Shown: positions 25,318-35,767 of the stretch, piece after piece
Layout of the letters: every line of letters begins with the position of its first letter
Numbering within the stretch: the stretch's first letter is position 1
Virus record (IMG/VR): IMGVR_UViG_3300020538_000003
Coordinates: 1-64,000 of that record
Strand: one strand, 5' to 3'
Length of the DNA stretch: 64,000 bases
Source: a virus
Notes under the pieces: generated by a model
Told to the model about the DNA's origin: nothing
The model's database searches: none
What the model saw: only the letters and a program-made list of their open reading frames with translations
Position numbers and translations under genes: made by a program

Positions 25318-26510
25318 GGACTATAAGCCCAATTCTTAAGAGAAATATCTCTTTTCGATGGACATTTTTGATCATCTGGGCCATTTACTGGCTCGCCTTG
25401 TTCAGCGCCACGCATTCTGGATACAAATGAAATCGTTCTATTAGCAGAACGAACATCTGCCATTGTCCAATCTTCTTTCTTTTTGGAAAGAAGATTTAAA
25501 TTACGATTTATCGGTGCGCGTGACAATGAAGCTGCGCGACTACAAGCATTCTCACTCCACTTCTTTAAAGAAGAGTAACTCATATTTACTGTGTCGTGAT
25601 ATTTTTTATAAACCTCGTCTATTTTATCTTGTGTTGTTTTTTTAGCTTGAATCACCATTGATCCAATATGCTCTTCTACAAGATTATTATTATCAATGTC
25701 ATCGTTCAAAAAATCTAAAATAACATCTTCGTTAAATTCTGAATCATAAATTGCTGCTAAAATTATATCTAAATCTTGATCTCCAGTGTCTGAATCGATA
25801 TGCGATTTAGAAAAATAATTAAAGTTATCTTTATATTCAATATTTTCAATTAAATCAATAATGTACTCTCCATTAATAATTTTTTTATTGATAGAGTACG
25901 ACACTCTATTTCTTTCAAAAACTTCTTCTTCAAAGAATTCATCATCAATGTCGTCTATAAACTCATCAACTTGTTTAGATTGAAGGGAAAGAATAAATTC
26001 GTTATCTTTAATTTCATAAGAAAAAACAGATTGATCTATTATGTCTTCATCAGCTTTTCTATAAGAGTCTTTGACCTCTTCTCCCTTAGCCATTTTAAGG
26101 AACATGTTAACTCTAGCCATTGCTAATTGTTGATTGCTTGCATTTAAGCGATTAGAATTTGAAAAAGCTCCCATACCTCTCCTATAGACTTTTTTTAATT
26201 GAGTCAACGTTATTTTATTATTTGATTTAACGTTATGTTGCTTGACCTTATTTTTTAATGATTCTATGATCTCATCATTAAATGCAACCGCATTTTCATC
26301 AAGATTGGCATTATTAAAGGTATAATCATGGGATTTTTGCGCAAAAGAAGAAATTTTATTTTCATCTTTGATCAAGGTAATTTCACCATTTCTCTGCTTA
26401 TATTCTTTAATAATCCAAATTCTTTTTTCGTAAGAATCTTCTTCTCCAAAAAGAAAATTTGCATTAGAGACGATGCTTTCGTATTTCTTTTGACTGAGAA
26501 AAATTAACAT
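25314..26510 (-). CDS. Hypothetical multidomain protein (DUF3140-like C-terminus)
   Basis: LKKVYRRGMGAF..AMARVNMFL; VNMS...W...SLKNWAYSP. Confidence 0.65.
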   Translation of the reverse strand: MLIFLSQKKYESIVSNANFLFGEEDSYEKRIWIIKEYKQRNGEITLIKDENKISSFAQKSHDYTFNNANLDENAVAFNDEIIESLKNKVKQHNVKSNNKITLTQLKKVYRRGMGAFSNSNRLNASNQQLAMARVNMFLKMAKGEEVKDSYRKADEDIIDQSVFSYEIKDNEFILSLQSKQVDEFIDDIDDEFFEEEVFERNRVSYSINKKIINGEYIIDLIENIEYKDNFNYFSKSHIDSDTGDQDLDIILAAIYDSEFNEDVILDFLNDDIDNNNLVEEHIGSMVIQAKKTTQDKIDEVYKKYHDTVNMSYSSLKKWSENACSRAASLSRAPINRNLNLLSKKKEDWTMADVRSANRTISFVSRMRGAEQGEPVNGPDDQKCPSKRDISLKNWAYSP

Positions 26511-26559
26511 GATTAAATATTTATTAATATAAAATATCTACACTTTTTTACAAAAAAAG

Positions 26560-26742
26560 TTAAGATTCAAATAAATCTTTATAAACTTTGTGTTTTTCTT
26601 CTTCTTTCATCTCTGAAAGAATTTTTTCAGCTTCGTTTTCTGCAATTTTAGAAATAATATTAATTGTTTCAGCGAAAGTGATTGATGAAAATAATTTTTC
26701 CGTTATTGCGGATTTGATTTTTAATTCCTGTTCTTCTGTCAT
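26560..26742 (-). CDS. Hypothetical protein
   Basis: ORF in operon. Confidence 0.6.
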   Translation of the reverse strand: MTEEQELKIKSAITEKLFSSITFAETINIISKIAENEAEKILSEMKEEEKHKVYKDLFES

Positions 26743-26936
26743 TGTTCCTTGCTTTCGTAAATTCTCAAATCAGGTTGATTGGACGATTTGTCCTTTTTAT
26801 CATTAAGGAAGACAACAATTTTTCTTTTCTTGCCAGATTCCTTATCTAGGATCTCGCCGCTGTAAAACGATTGTTTGCCTCCATTTACGCGCCAAAGTGC
26901 GCCTAGTTCTCTTTGTTTCCAGTCGTTATTGTTCAT
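26739..26936 (-). CDS. Small DUF736-like protein
   Basis: ELGALW...YSGEI...NQPDLRIY. Confidence 0.6.
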   Translation of the reverse strand: MNNNDWKQRELGALWRVNGGKQSFYSGEILDKESGKKRKIVVFLNDKKDKSSNQPDLRIYESKEQ

Positions 26937-27099
26937 TTAATTGTAGTTTTAAATTGTGCATGAATGATTGTTTGTCCATGCAACTTAATTTACTATAAGC
27001 CTTCTTTAGTCTTCTGTAAAGTCTTTTCTGAATTAAATTTGGATTTTTTAAATCTAAATTAATTAATTTTCTAAGTTCCTTTGCTTTAGTAGCTCTCAT
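26926..27099 (-). CDS. 57-aa basic hypothetical protein
   Basis: Manually translated MRATKAKELRK...RLYRRLKKAY. Confidence 0.5.
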   Translation of the reverse strand: MRATKAKELRKLINLDLKNPNLIQKRLYRRLKKAYSKLSCMDKQSFMHNLKLQLNEQ

Positions 27100-27152
27100 T
27101 AAAATATGATGAATTTAAATTCAATAAATTCAATAAAAATTTTACAAAAAGG

Positions 27153-27180
27153 TTGACTTCAACGATATTTATGGTAATAT
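27153..27180 (+). promoter_or_regulatory. Sigma70-like promoter
   Basis: TTGACT-16-TAATAT with TG extension, 7 nt before ATG 27188. Confidence 0.7.
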
Positions 27181-27187
27181 TCAATTC

Positions 27188-27397
27188 ATGAAGACACTAA
27201 ATAAGAACCAAATTAGCGCACTTAATGCGATTCGTAACTCAAAGGGCCGTTTTTTCGGTCTTTACACAACCCAAGGCCGAGTAATTAATGCTCAATTTAT
27301 TGGGGAGACAGATAGTTACATTCGTGTTTATGATCGCAATGAGCGTGTTGATAGAACTGTAGCAAAGTCTAGTGTTGATCGAGTTACGCTTCGCTAA
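27188..27397 (+). CDS. Small monocistronic hypothetical protein
   Basis: Has its own promoter and terminator. Confidence 0.75.
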   Translation: MKTLNKNQISALNAIRNSKGRFFGLYTTQGRVINAQFIGETDSYIRVYDRNERVDRTVAKSSVDRVTLR

Positions 27398-27416
27398 TTA
27401 TAGGTTAGCAATAAAG

Positions 27417-27450
27417 AAAAAGGCTAGTCCATTGGACTAGCCTTTTTTTT
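27417..27450. terminator. Bidirectional intrinsic terminator
   Basis: AAAAAGGCTAGTCC-ATT-GGACTAGCCTTTTTTTT between convergent genes. Confidence 0.9.
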
Positions 27451-27464
27451 GTTTAAATTCTACC

Positions 27465-29804
27465 TTAATTAAAAATTAAGGTAGAATTGCCATTAATAAT
27501 TTCATTAGAAATATCTGGAATTAATTTTGACTCTATGGCTAAGTTTAAATTTTCTATAGAGTTATCTTCGGAACAATTTTTATCAACGAAACTCTTAATA
27601 AAATTAAAATTAAAATTTAATTTTATATCTTTTATAATTAAATTATTTTGAATTTTTTTCAATCTATTAAAAAGTATTCTTCTCAAATCTTTTTGTTTTA
27701 ATAAACTAAATTCAATTTTCTCTGTTATTAAATCTAAAATTTGTTTTTCAATTGTTGGTTCATTTGATTGATTCTTGTCTATATTAAACCCCATGCTTTT
27801 TGCATTAGCTTTACCACTGCATGTTAAGAAGATTTTGCAATTTGAAAAATCCGCAATATCTCCATTGTTCATTTGTAAGCGACCTTCTTTTAAGATTTGA
27901 CAAAACAAGCCAAAGCAAGATCTATCAACTTTATCAAAATCATCAATGATGATCACACTATTTGGATGTATGCATATTTTTTCAGCTAATGACGTATTGT
28001 TGTTTAAATCAGAAATAATCTTATAAGGAGCAAATGAATCAGAAAACTCTATACCATTATAACTTATAACATTAGTTCCCGTTTTTTGAAGTTCGTCTTT
28101 AATCAATTGACAAAAAAGGGTTTTTCCAACTAGTTTATTTCCATAAATTAATAAGCAATCTGGTTTATTGAAACTAGATTTAGCGCTCAAATTAAGATTT
28201 AATATACTTAATACGTTAAGTATTTTTTTAAGCGCGATGTTTTGCCCCACTAAATCTTTTTTAATATTACTAAAAATAATTTTGTTATTTTCAGTTCGAT
28301 TCATCGGATTTGTTTTTTTATCAAAAAATGTTTTTAGATGATCTAATTTAACATGAGCTTCTGTTTTTATTAGGTTTTTTTCCCAAGCTTCTATTCTCTC
28401 ATTCATTTCTTCTATCATTTCTTTTTCAAAATGACCATTCTTTTCTATGTATTCAAAAATCTCTTTTTGTTTGGTTTTGATTGATTCATCTACTTCCCAA
28501 AAATTAACTTTTGCTTGAGCGCCACAATGATCAATAACATCAATAGCTTTATCTGGATAAAATTTATTTGGAGTAAATCTTTCGCAAAAATTAATAACAT
28601 TTTCAACAAACTCTTCTGAATATTTAACATTATGAAAATCTGCATAATAATCAATTATTTGTGGCAAGATTTCATTCATTTGAAATTTAGATGGTTCTTT
28701 TACGATTACTCTTTCAAATCTTCTATCAAGAGCGGAATCTTTCTTAATTGTATTTGTATATTCAATAATAGTTGTAGCTCCTATACAACTAATTGTGCCA
28801 CGCGCAAGCTCTGGTTTTAAAATATTAGAAGCTTCAAGGGAGTGATTTTGTCCACCACCAGCACCAACTAAAGTATGAATCTCATCAATAAATAAAATTA
28901 AATTACTATATTTTTTTGCTTCCTCAACAAAATCTTGAAGTCTTTTTTCAAATTGACCACGATATTCTGTTCCAGCAACCATTGTTGCTAAATTAATTGA
29001 ATAAATAACTTTATTAGAAAGTAATTCTGGAGCTTCTCCTCTAATAATTTTTAAAGCAAGACCTTCTACTAATGAAGTTTTTCCAGTTCCAGCTGGGCCA
29101 ACCAAAATAGCATTTGGTTTTTTCTTTCTACATAAAATTGTAGCAAGTTCATCGATTTTATTATCGAAATCAATTATTTTGTCAAATTTGCCTTGCGCGG
29201 CTTTTATGTTAAGATTTTCTGCAAATTTTGAAAGAATTGGATTGTCAACAAACATATCAATCCAATCATCTATTTTATGATTTGGATTTTTATCATTTTC
29301 TTTGTCTTCTAAAAAATTAGAAGGAACACAAAAATCTTTACAGAAAATTAAAGTTTCTGATAAAAGTTCATTTATTATTTCATTATCTAATAATTGTTCG
29401 CTTTTTTTAATATCAAAATATTTATATACTGCTTTTGGCGTAAACTCTTCAGAAATAAAACAAATAATTAATGATTCTGGCGATATATAATCAATATTTA
29501 ATTGATCTTCGCAAATATTTTCTGCTAAAATAAAAAATCTTTTTAAATCTGGAAGAAAATGATCTGATGGTATTTTGCTTTTACCTTTTTTAACAAAAGA
29601 TAATGCAGTCTGTGTAAGCTTAACTGTATCTATATCACATCTTGAAAAAATATTAAAAGAAGATAAGTTTATCTTATTCATAAAACAATAAAAGAATAAA
29701 TCCAAATCAATTCCACTTTTATTTAAATTAATGGATAATAATTTGCAATCTTCTATTATTCCTTGTAAATGTGGTGTTATGGGAAGTTTAATCATTTTTT
29801 GCAT
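27465..29804 (-). CDS. ClpA/ClpC-like AAA+ ATPase
   Basis: GPAGTGKT, AGTEYRGQFE, FIDEIH, DSALDRRF, PDKAIDVID; divergent second AAA domain. Confidence 0.9.
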   Translation of the reverse strand: MQKMIKLPITPHLQGIIEDCKLLSINLNKSGIDLDLFFYCFMNKINLSSFNIFSRCDIDTVKLTQTALSFVKKGKSKIPSDHFLPDLKRFFILAENICEDQLNIDYISPESLIICFISEEFTPKAVYKYFDIKKSEQLLDNEIINELLSETLIFCKDFCVPSNFLEDKENDKNPNHKIDDWIDMFVDNPILSKFAENLNIKAAQGKFDKIIDFDNKIDELATILCRKKKPNAILVGPAGTGKTSLVEGLALKIIRGEAPELLSNKVIYSINLATMVAGTEYRGQFEKRLQDFVEEAKKYSNLILFIDEIHTLVGAGGGQNHSLEASNILKPELARGTISCIGATTIIEYTNTIKKDSALDRRFERVIVKEPSKFQMNEILPQIIDYYADFHNVKYSEEFVENVINFCERFTPNKFYPDKAIDVIDHCGAQAKVNFWEVDESIKTKQKEIFEYIEKNGHFEKEMIEEMNERIEAWEKNLIKTEAHVKLDHLKTFFDKKTNPMNRTENNKIIFSNIKKDLVGQNIALKKILNVLSILNLNLSAKSSFNKPDCLLIYGNKLVGKTLFCQLIKDELQKTGTNVISYNGIEFSDSFAPYKIISDLNNNTSLAEKICIHPNSVIIIDDFDKVDRSCFGLFCQILKEGRLQMNNGDIADFSNCKIFLTCSGKANAKSMGFNIDKNQSNEPTIEKQILDLITEKIEFSLLKQKDLRRILFNRLKKIQNNLIIKDIKLNFNFNFIKSFVDKNCSEDNSIENLNLAIESKLIPDISNEIINGNSTLIFN

Positions 29805-32355
29805 CTCTTAGTTTCATGTAAATTTTACTATCAATAATTTTAACATTATCTACAAATAATGTATCAGAACTTTTAGTTCCAGACAATATCAAAATATCTC
29901 CTTTTTGTACTTTATTATTTTCTGTGAAATTTGTTAATTTTGCTTCTCTTCTATTATCCATGAATAGAAACTTTTGATTTGCTTTATTGTCTGACAACAT
30001 AATCATCATATACTTATTGCCATTTGAACTAATTCTAATAAATGAATCCTTAACTTGACCAACAACTTTAAACTCACTTCTATCGACAAAATCATTAATG
30101 CTCTGAAGATCATCAAGAGTTCCAAATTCATCTTCAAAACATTCTTTTAATTCATGAGAATAACTATAGCCAAGCAAATAGTTTTCGTACCACCATTTAG
30201 AAAATTTATCATGCTTTTTGTTATGAGAATAAATTTCTTTATATTTTGAAAAATTATTTTTAAAAGTAATGAATCTTTTTTCAGAAATTACGAGTTTGTT
30301 GTCATCTCCAATAATTTTTTTCTCTACAACTTCTGCAATAGAGTTTAAAATATCAAAACCAAATCTATCACCTATCTTTACAAAATTACGTTTTTCTCGT
30401 TCCGTTAAAAGATTAAATGCTTGAGCTTCAAGAACAAGCCTACTTCTATCTGGAGAAGAATCAGACATTGTACCAGCCTGAATTAATGCTGATAATACTG
30501 AGATATTAATGCCAGCATTTTTAGCTGCGGTAAATACTTCATATTTGTTATTGAACGACAATCCTCTAAAATCAATTAAAGCTTCCAACGCCTTTACAGA
30601 AATACCTTTAATGCTGTTCAGACCATAACGAATATCATTACCCTCAATGCAAAAATTCATTTGAGAATGCTCTAAGGATGGGGGTAATAATTTTATTCCA
30701 AAATTAATTAATTCTTTACTAATGGTAGAAATATTTTCTAATGGATCTGGTTCAAATTCTGCGCATTCAAGAATGGAAACAAAAAATTCTTTAGGATATT
30801 TGTGCTTAAGATAAATTGTTTTAGCCGCCAACGTTGCATAAGCAAAACTATGAGATTTATTAAAAGAATAATCTGCAGATGCTTGAAGCGCATTCCAATA
30901 GAAGTCACTTATTTTTTCATCTAAGTTTTGTTGTTCTCCAGCTTTATAAATTTTTTCTTTCCATGCTGGCATATCATCAACTTTTTTCTTACCAACAATT
31001 CTTCTTAGAACTTCAGCTTCTTCAAGAGTTAATCCAAATACTTTATTAGCAATTTGCATAAGTTGTTCTTGATAAAGAATAACGTTCTTTGACCAAGAAA
31101 GAATTTTATCTAAATCGTCATGTAAGTTTAATTGACTTGGGTTTTGTTTTTGATCTTTATAAATTGAAACAAATTGTAATGCTCCAGGTCTAGCTAAAGC
31201 AATTACATCAGACAATTCATTTAAATTATTTGGTTTAATATCTTGACATACCTTAAAATTTGTATCCGCAGAAATCTGAAATAATCCCATTGGGTAATTA
31301 AAATTTTGAAGAACCTCGTAAATAAATTTATCATTTGGATCAATTTCATTTATATCAATGCCTACCTTTGAACATGTTTTATGAGCAATGGTTAATGTTC
31401 TAAGACCCAAGATATCGAACTTAACCATAAGGTCACTAACATCATTCATGTCATAACCAGTTACGATATCTCCATCTTTTGTTTTTTGAAGAGGAACTAC
31501 ATTACTAATTTTTTGAGAGCAGATTGCAATTCCTGATGGATGGACTCCAGTATTTTTATTTAAATTCTCTATTTTAAGAGCGTTTTCAAATGTTTTTTTA
31601 TGCTTCTTAATCCATTGATCAAATTTTTCATTTTCAGATCTAGCATTAGTTAAACTAAAAACTTTTCCATGCGCTTTAGGAATCATATCGCTAATCTCAT
31701 TAGCCTCTTCCTCTTTTGCTTCGTCAAAATATTTTGTAGCCTCTCTAATGCAAAGCTTTGAACTAAATGTATTAAATGTTAATATTTTTGCTGTTCTTCC
31801 AAGATGCTTTTTTTCAATATAATCTATAACTTTCTGTCTTTGATCATAAGAAATATCTGAATCAACGTCTGGAAGTAAACTTCCAACCAGATATTCTTTG
31901 CCTAATTTATCATAAACTTTTTGTGCGCGAGATTTGGAAACAAATCTTTCAAAGAAAAGATCATGGGGTATTGGGTCAATATTAGTTACGCCAAGCAAAT
32001 ACAAAACAAGACTACCAGCAGCAGAACCTCTTCCAGCGCCAGTTGGAATACTGTTAGTATGACAAAAATTTAAAATATCCCAGTTTAATAAAATATAATC
32101 AGTGAATCCAAGTTCATTAAATGTATCTAACTCTTGCTTCGCTCTATCATAGTATTTATCTTTATTCGTTTTTTTAGTTATACCTTTTTCTCTCAAAGCA
32201 TTTCTAACAAGAGATTTAAGCAGATCAAAACTAGAACTTTCATTATTAAGAGAAGCGTCTATTTTTTTTAACACTGACTCTTCGACAGAAATCTTTGGCA
32301 AATCTACACCTACTGGTTCACAATTATCGTAATTATAAAAATCTTTAAAAATCAT
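29788..32355 (-). CDS. dnaE: DNA polymerase III alpha catalytic core lacking the PHP domain
   Basis: GRGSAAGSLV, FFERF, PDVDSD, HPSG, KFDILGL, YQEQ, YSFNKSH, C-terminal OB fold. Confidence 0.95.
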   Translation of the reverse strand: MIFKDFYNYDNCEPVGVDLPKISVEESVLKKIDASLNNESSSFDLLKSLVRNALREKGITKKTNKDKYYDRAKQELDTFNELGFTDYILLNWDILNFCHTNSIPTGAGRGSAAGSLVLYLLGVTNIDPIPHDLFFERFVSKSRAQKVYDKLGKEYLVGSLLPDVDSDISYDQRQKVIDYIEKKHLGRTAKILTFNTFSSKLCIREATKYFDEAKEEEANEISDMIPKAHGKVFSLTNARSENEKFDQWIKKHKKTFENALKIENLNKNTGVHPSGIAICSQKISNVVPLQKTKDGDIVTGYDMNDVSDLMVKFDILGLRTLTIAHKTCSKVGIDINEIDPNDKFIYEVLQNFNYPMGLFQISADTNFKVCQDIKPNNLNELSDVIALARPGALQFVSIYKDQKQNPSQLNLHDDLDKILSWSKNVILYQEQLMQIANKVFGLTLEEAEVLRRIVGKKKVDDMPAWKEKIYKAGEQQNLDEKISDFYWNALQASADYSFNKSHSFAYATLAAKTIYLKHKYPKEFFVSILECAEFEPDPLENISTISKELINFGIKLLPPSLEHSQMNFCIEGNDIRYGLNSIKGISVKALEALIDFRGLSFNNKYEVFTAAKNAGINISVLSALIQAGTMSDSSPDRSRLVLEAQAFNLLTEREKRNFVKIGDRFGFDILNSIAEVVEKKIIGDDNKLVISEKRFITFKNNFSKYKEIYSHNKKHDKFSKWWYENYLLGYSYSHELKECFEDEFGTLDDLQSINDFVDRSEFKVVGQVKDSFIRISSNGNKYMMIMLSDNKANQKFLFMDNRREAKLTNFTENNKVQKGDILILSGTKSSDTLFVDNVKIIDSKIYMKLRDAKND

Positions 32356-32966
32356 AGTTCCATATTTTTTTTAATTTCTAGAAAAATCTTGAAGCACATT
32401 TCGCAATCATAAACAGCTTCATGCAGTTTCTTTTCGTCAAATTCAATGCCAAAAAATTTCAATTGTTGAATTTGAGATACTTTTGATTTTAATGACCTAT
32501 CATGCATTATTTTATATTGCCATGATAAGAAATCATGTTTAGGTTTATCAAGCTTTTCTCTAAAAGCTTTACCCAAACATCTTGTGTCATAAATTCTATT
32601 TAAATAAGAATAATCTGGTTTTTCGCCAAGCAATTTTTGCAAAACAGCTATCATATAAACATCAAAACCAAGAATATTCTGTCCTACAATTATATAATCA
32701 TCATTATATAAGTAGTTTTTAAATTTCTCCCATACCTCTTTTGGTTTTTTCTTTTTCTTATTATAAGAATCTAAATTAAATCCAGTTAATTTAATTACTG
32801 TATCATTAAGCTTTAAATCTGGATATGAAATGTATTCATCATGTTTCTCAATAACGCGATTACCTTGACAAACAATCCAAGCTAGTTGCCAAGGTCTTGA
32901 TGATGATAAATTTAACCCTTCAGTTTCTGTATCAAATACGATATATTTTTGATTATATGGGAGCAT
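32352..32966 (-). CDS. DnaQ-like DEDDh 3'-5' exonuclease
   Basis: FDTETEG, GQN..GFD, HEAVYD. Confidence 0.88.
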   Translation of the reverse strand: MLPYNQKYIVFDTETEGLNLSSSRPWQLAWIVCQGNRVIEKHDEYISYPDLKLNDTVIKLTGFNLDSYNKKKKKPKEVWEKFKNYLYNDDYIIVGQNILGFDVYMIAVLQKLLGEKPDYSYLNRIYDTRCLGKAFREKLDKPKHDFLSWQYKIMHDRSLKSKVSQIQQLKFFGIEFDEKKLHEAVYDCEMCFKIFLEIKKNMEL

Positions 32967-33672
32967 GATTTTCTAGATATGATTGCCAGCAAAACTCATT
33001 TGAGCAAAAATGATTTAAATTTGGATTTGAATAAGATGGATTTTTTCCATTTGAGCGATTACAAATTGCTTTATACATTTGAAACGCTTCAAAATCTTCT
33101 TTATTTTTATAATAAATTGATTTTGCATTTTGAATTGGTTGTTTAGATCCATTCATTGTAACTCTATTGACTTGATTTTTTATAAAGAAATCAAATGGAT
33201 GATTATTGTCCTCAATAAAATAAAAATGATCAAATTTGGATAGTTCCAAATGAGACAAACCGAAATAAAATAAATTATTATAAATATAAGAGTCGTAAAA
33301 TGGAACTCCTATTTTAACATTATTGAAGAATAATTCATCTACTTCAGACAAGTTTAAAACAATTTCTTTATTTTCAAAAGTTTTTGAATAGAGGGCTTTT
33401 ATATTATTTATGCCATCATTGTTTTTTGCAAAGAAAATTAATTTACTAGGAAGTTCGGAAAATGAATTTTCAACAACTGATAATCTTATTCCAAAGATTA
33501 ATTTAATACCAAGTTCTTGAGCAACATTATTAATACTCCTAAAGCCATAAAAAGAGTCTTCAACAACAACAATTTCACTAAGATTATATTCTGATTTAAT
33601 ATCAAATATATCTTTTGGCTGCAAAATGGATCGCCCAATACTAAAGTGAGTTTTAAAAAGAGGTATTGCCAC
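32953..33672 (-). CDS. Stand-alone PHP domain of DnaE
   Basis: THFSIGRS, IKLIFG, FAKNNDGINNI match the DnaE N-terminus. Confidence 0.75.
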   Translation of the reverse strand: MAIPLFKTHFSIGRSILQPKDIFDIKSEYNLSEIVVVEDSFYGFRSINNVAQELGIKLIFGIRLSVVENSFSELPSKLIFFAKNNDGINNIKALYSKTFENKEIVLNLSEVDELFFNNVKIGVPFYDSYIYNNLFYFGLSHLELSKFDHFYFIEDNNHPFDFFIKNQVNRVTMNGSKQPIQNAKSIYYKNKEDFEAFQMYKAICNRSNGKNPSYSNPNLNHFCSNEFCWQSYLENHAPI

Positions 33673-33681
33673 TAGATAAGT

Positions 33682-34728
33682 TTATAACAATTCATTGATA
33701 TTGTCAAATCTAAAAGCTGGACATCCAGAATATTTTCTCTTTTCTATAGAGAAGCCAAGTCCATTTTTTCTTTTTTTGTTTAATTCTTCTTTAACATAAG
33801 AGGAGGATATAATATTTTTATCTTCGTCTAATAAAACAAAATAGTCAAATGGAAATTTAAATGGACAATGCCACATTAAAGTTCCATCTTTTTTTAATTG
33901 ACCTTTATATTCAGCTCTTCCACATACAACCCTCCCGCTAAACCCCTCTTCTTTAGAGGGGAATCCTTTATTATAGGCAAGACCATCAATAGCAGATTTT
34001 TCATTAAAATTATTAATTATTGATTGAATTTGTGTTAAAAAATATTCAAAGCCTTCTAGTTCATCTTCTGCCACTTCGCTCATTTCAAGAAGACCTTCGT
34101 TTTTACAATCAAATTTCAGAAACAAAAACTCCATATCTCTTTTTAAGAAATCTGGATATAAATATTTAACAGCAAGACAATACATTAAATTTTGCATATT
34201 ATCTTCAACTTCTTGACCGCTAAAAATTTGCTTAGATGTTTTGAAATCTCTTATTAATGCTATTCTTTTTTTCTTGAATAAGAATAATTTATCTATAAAC
34301 CCAAGAATTCTATAATTCTTTTGACCATTATTGACCTCTATATCAAAATCCTTTTCGCTAATAGATTCTGTTGGTTTGCCGTATTTATTGCCAAAAAAAT
34401 CATAATTGAGACCCTCCATAATCATTTGATTAATTAATTCAAGATTATCAAAATCATCAATTTTATTCTTTCTTGCAAAAGAATTAACCATACGATTAAT
34501 TGGTTTAGATGATTTTATATCTTGATGTTTTACTAATTGATCATAATGATGTTTATGTCTTGGATCGCCAAGAACCTCAAAAACTGCATGACATATACTT
34601 CCTCTTAGACTCCCTTCATTTGTTGTGTCTGGAAGCTTTAAATGATATTTGCACCAATATTGCCAAGAACATGTTTGTAATGTTTTAATTCTTGATGCCG
34701 AAAGTGGTTTATTCACTAATTCACTCAT
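33682..34728 (-). CDS. PD-(D/E)XK RecB/Cas4-like exonuclease
   Basis: LSASRI...C, G..CH...E, GFIDK, RDFKTS. Confidence 0.85.
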   Translation of the reverse strand: MSELVNKPLSASRIKTLQTCSWQYWCKYHLKLPDTTNEGSLRGSICHAVFEVLGDPRHKHHYDQLVKHQDIKSSKPINRMVNSFARKNKIDDFDNLELINQMIMEGLNYDFFGNKYGKPTESISEKDFDIEVNNGQKNYRILGFIDKLFLFKKKRIALIRDFKTSKQIFSGQEVEDNMQNLMYCLAVKYLYPDFLKRDMEFLFLKFDCKNEGLLEMSEVAEDELEGFEYFLTQIQSIINNFNEKSAIDGLAYNKGFPSKEEGFSGRVVCGRAEYKGQLKKDGTLMWHCPFKFPFDYFVLLDEDKNIISSSYVKEELNKKRKNGLGFSIEKRKYSGCPAFRFDNINELL

Positions 34729-35767
34729 AGTTAAATTTATAAAGTTTTTTAAGTTTTTTGAGAGAATCAGAAAAAGATTTATTTGTTTTTAATGTAGACT
34801 CCATTTTTTCTGCTATTGAAATAACCATTTCAATAGACTCCTTGTGACTTATATCATCGACTTTTTTAAGATAGATTTCCAAATCATTCTTTGACATTTG
34901 TCCAAAATCATTTAAATCTGGCGGTATAAAATAAATATGTTTAAAATCTATTGTATCAATAAGTTTAAATATAGACTTAATCGCACCTTCAAAACCGCGA
35001 TTTCTATCAGAGAGATAATCATTGTTAAAACAAACAATGATTTTTTTAACAGGCATTAAACTAAGTTTAGATATAAATTTAGACGAAATATTTAAACCAA
35101 AACTAACTAAATTATTTTTAATGCCTTTATCAAATAAAGATAACGAGTCTCCGATAGACTCTACAATAAAAACCTTCTCTGAATTAAAAATAGAATTCCT
35201 GCATTCTTCGATAGAATAAAATGGATAAAACCAATCTGCAACTCTTCCAATATGCAGCCATTTTGGTTTATTTTCATCTAGGTCAGCTTTTCTGCCAGAA
35301 AAACCATGTATCTTTTTATCTTTGCTAAAGATTGGGAAAATTGTTCTTTGATACATTTTGCCAGATGTAGAAAAGCCACATTGATATTTCTTAAGAGTTC
35401 CAATAGAAATATTCTTATCTAAATAAAAATCATAATGCGGCAAAAGTCTTTGAAGTGATGTGATTGGATATGTTTTTTCTTCTTTCAAAAATGTTTTTTC
35501 TTTAATTATATTTACACCCTTTTGTATGTCTTTCAAATAACTCTTAATTATATTATTATCATTTGTATTTAATGTACGAGACAACAACGCCTCAAATGGC
35601 ATAAAAGTACTGTCCTCTACATAGTCTTTCCATACTCCAGTGTCCTTGTAAATTTGAAGTGCCGTAGTGTTATCTCCAGATCTATATACAGCATTTGTCC
35701 TCCAATATTGACCATGGTCTTTTAGATTATATCCTAGGCTTTCTAAAATTTCTCTATACTTACTCAT
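34721..35767 (-). CDS. dnaG: DNA primase (TOPRIM)
   Basis: RTIFPI, GFSGR, KW, VESIGD, FNND, DFG. Confidence 0.8.
   Translation of the reverse strand: MSKYREILESLGYNLKDHGQYWRTNAVYRSGDNTTALQIYKDTGVWKDYVEDSTFMPFEALLSRTLNTNDNNIIKSYLKDIQKGVNIIKEKTFLKEEKTYPITSLQRLLPHYDFYLDKNISIGTLKKYQCGFSTSGKMYQRTIFPIFSKDKKIHGFSGRKADLDENKPKWLHIGRVADWFYPFYSIEECRNSIFNSEKVFIVESIGDSLSLFDKGIKNNLVSFGLNISSKFISKLSLMPVKKIIVCFNNDYLSDRNRGFEGAIKSIFKLIDTIDFKHIYFIPPDLNDFGQMSKNDLEIYLKKVDDISHKESIEMVISIAEKMESTLKTNKSFSDSLKKLKKLYKFNYE

Noticed and set aside
33682-34728. Cas4 as part of a CRISPR system
   Set aside because: Stand-alone RecB-like nuclease in the replication operon; no array
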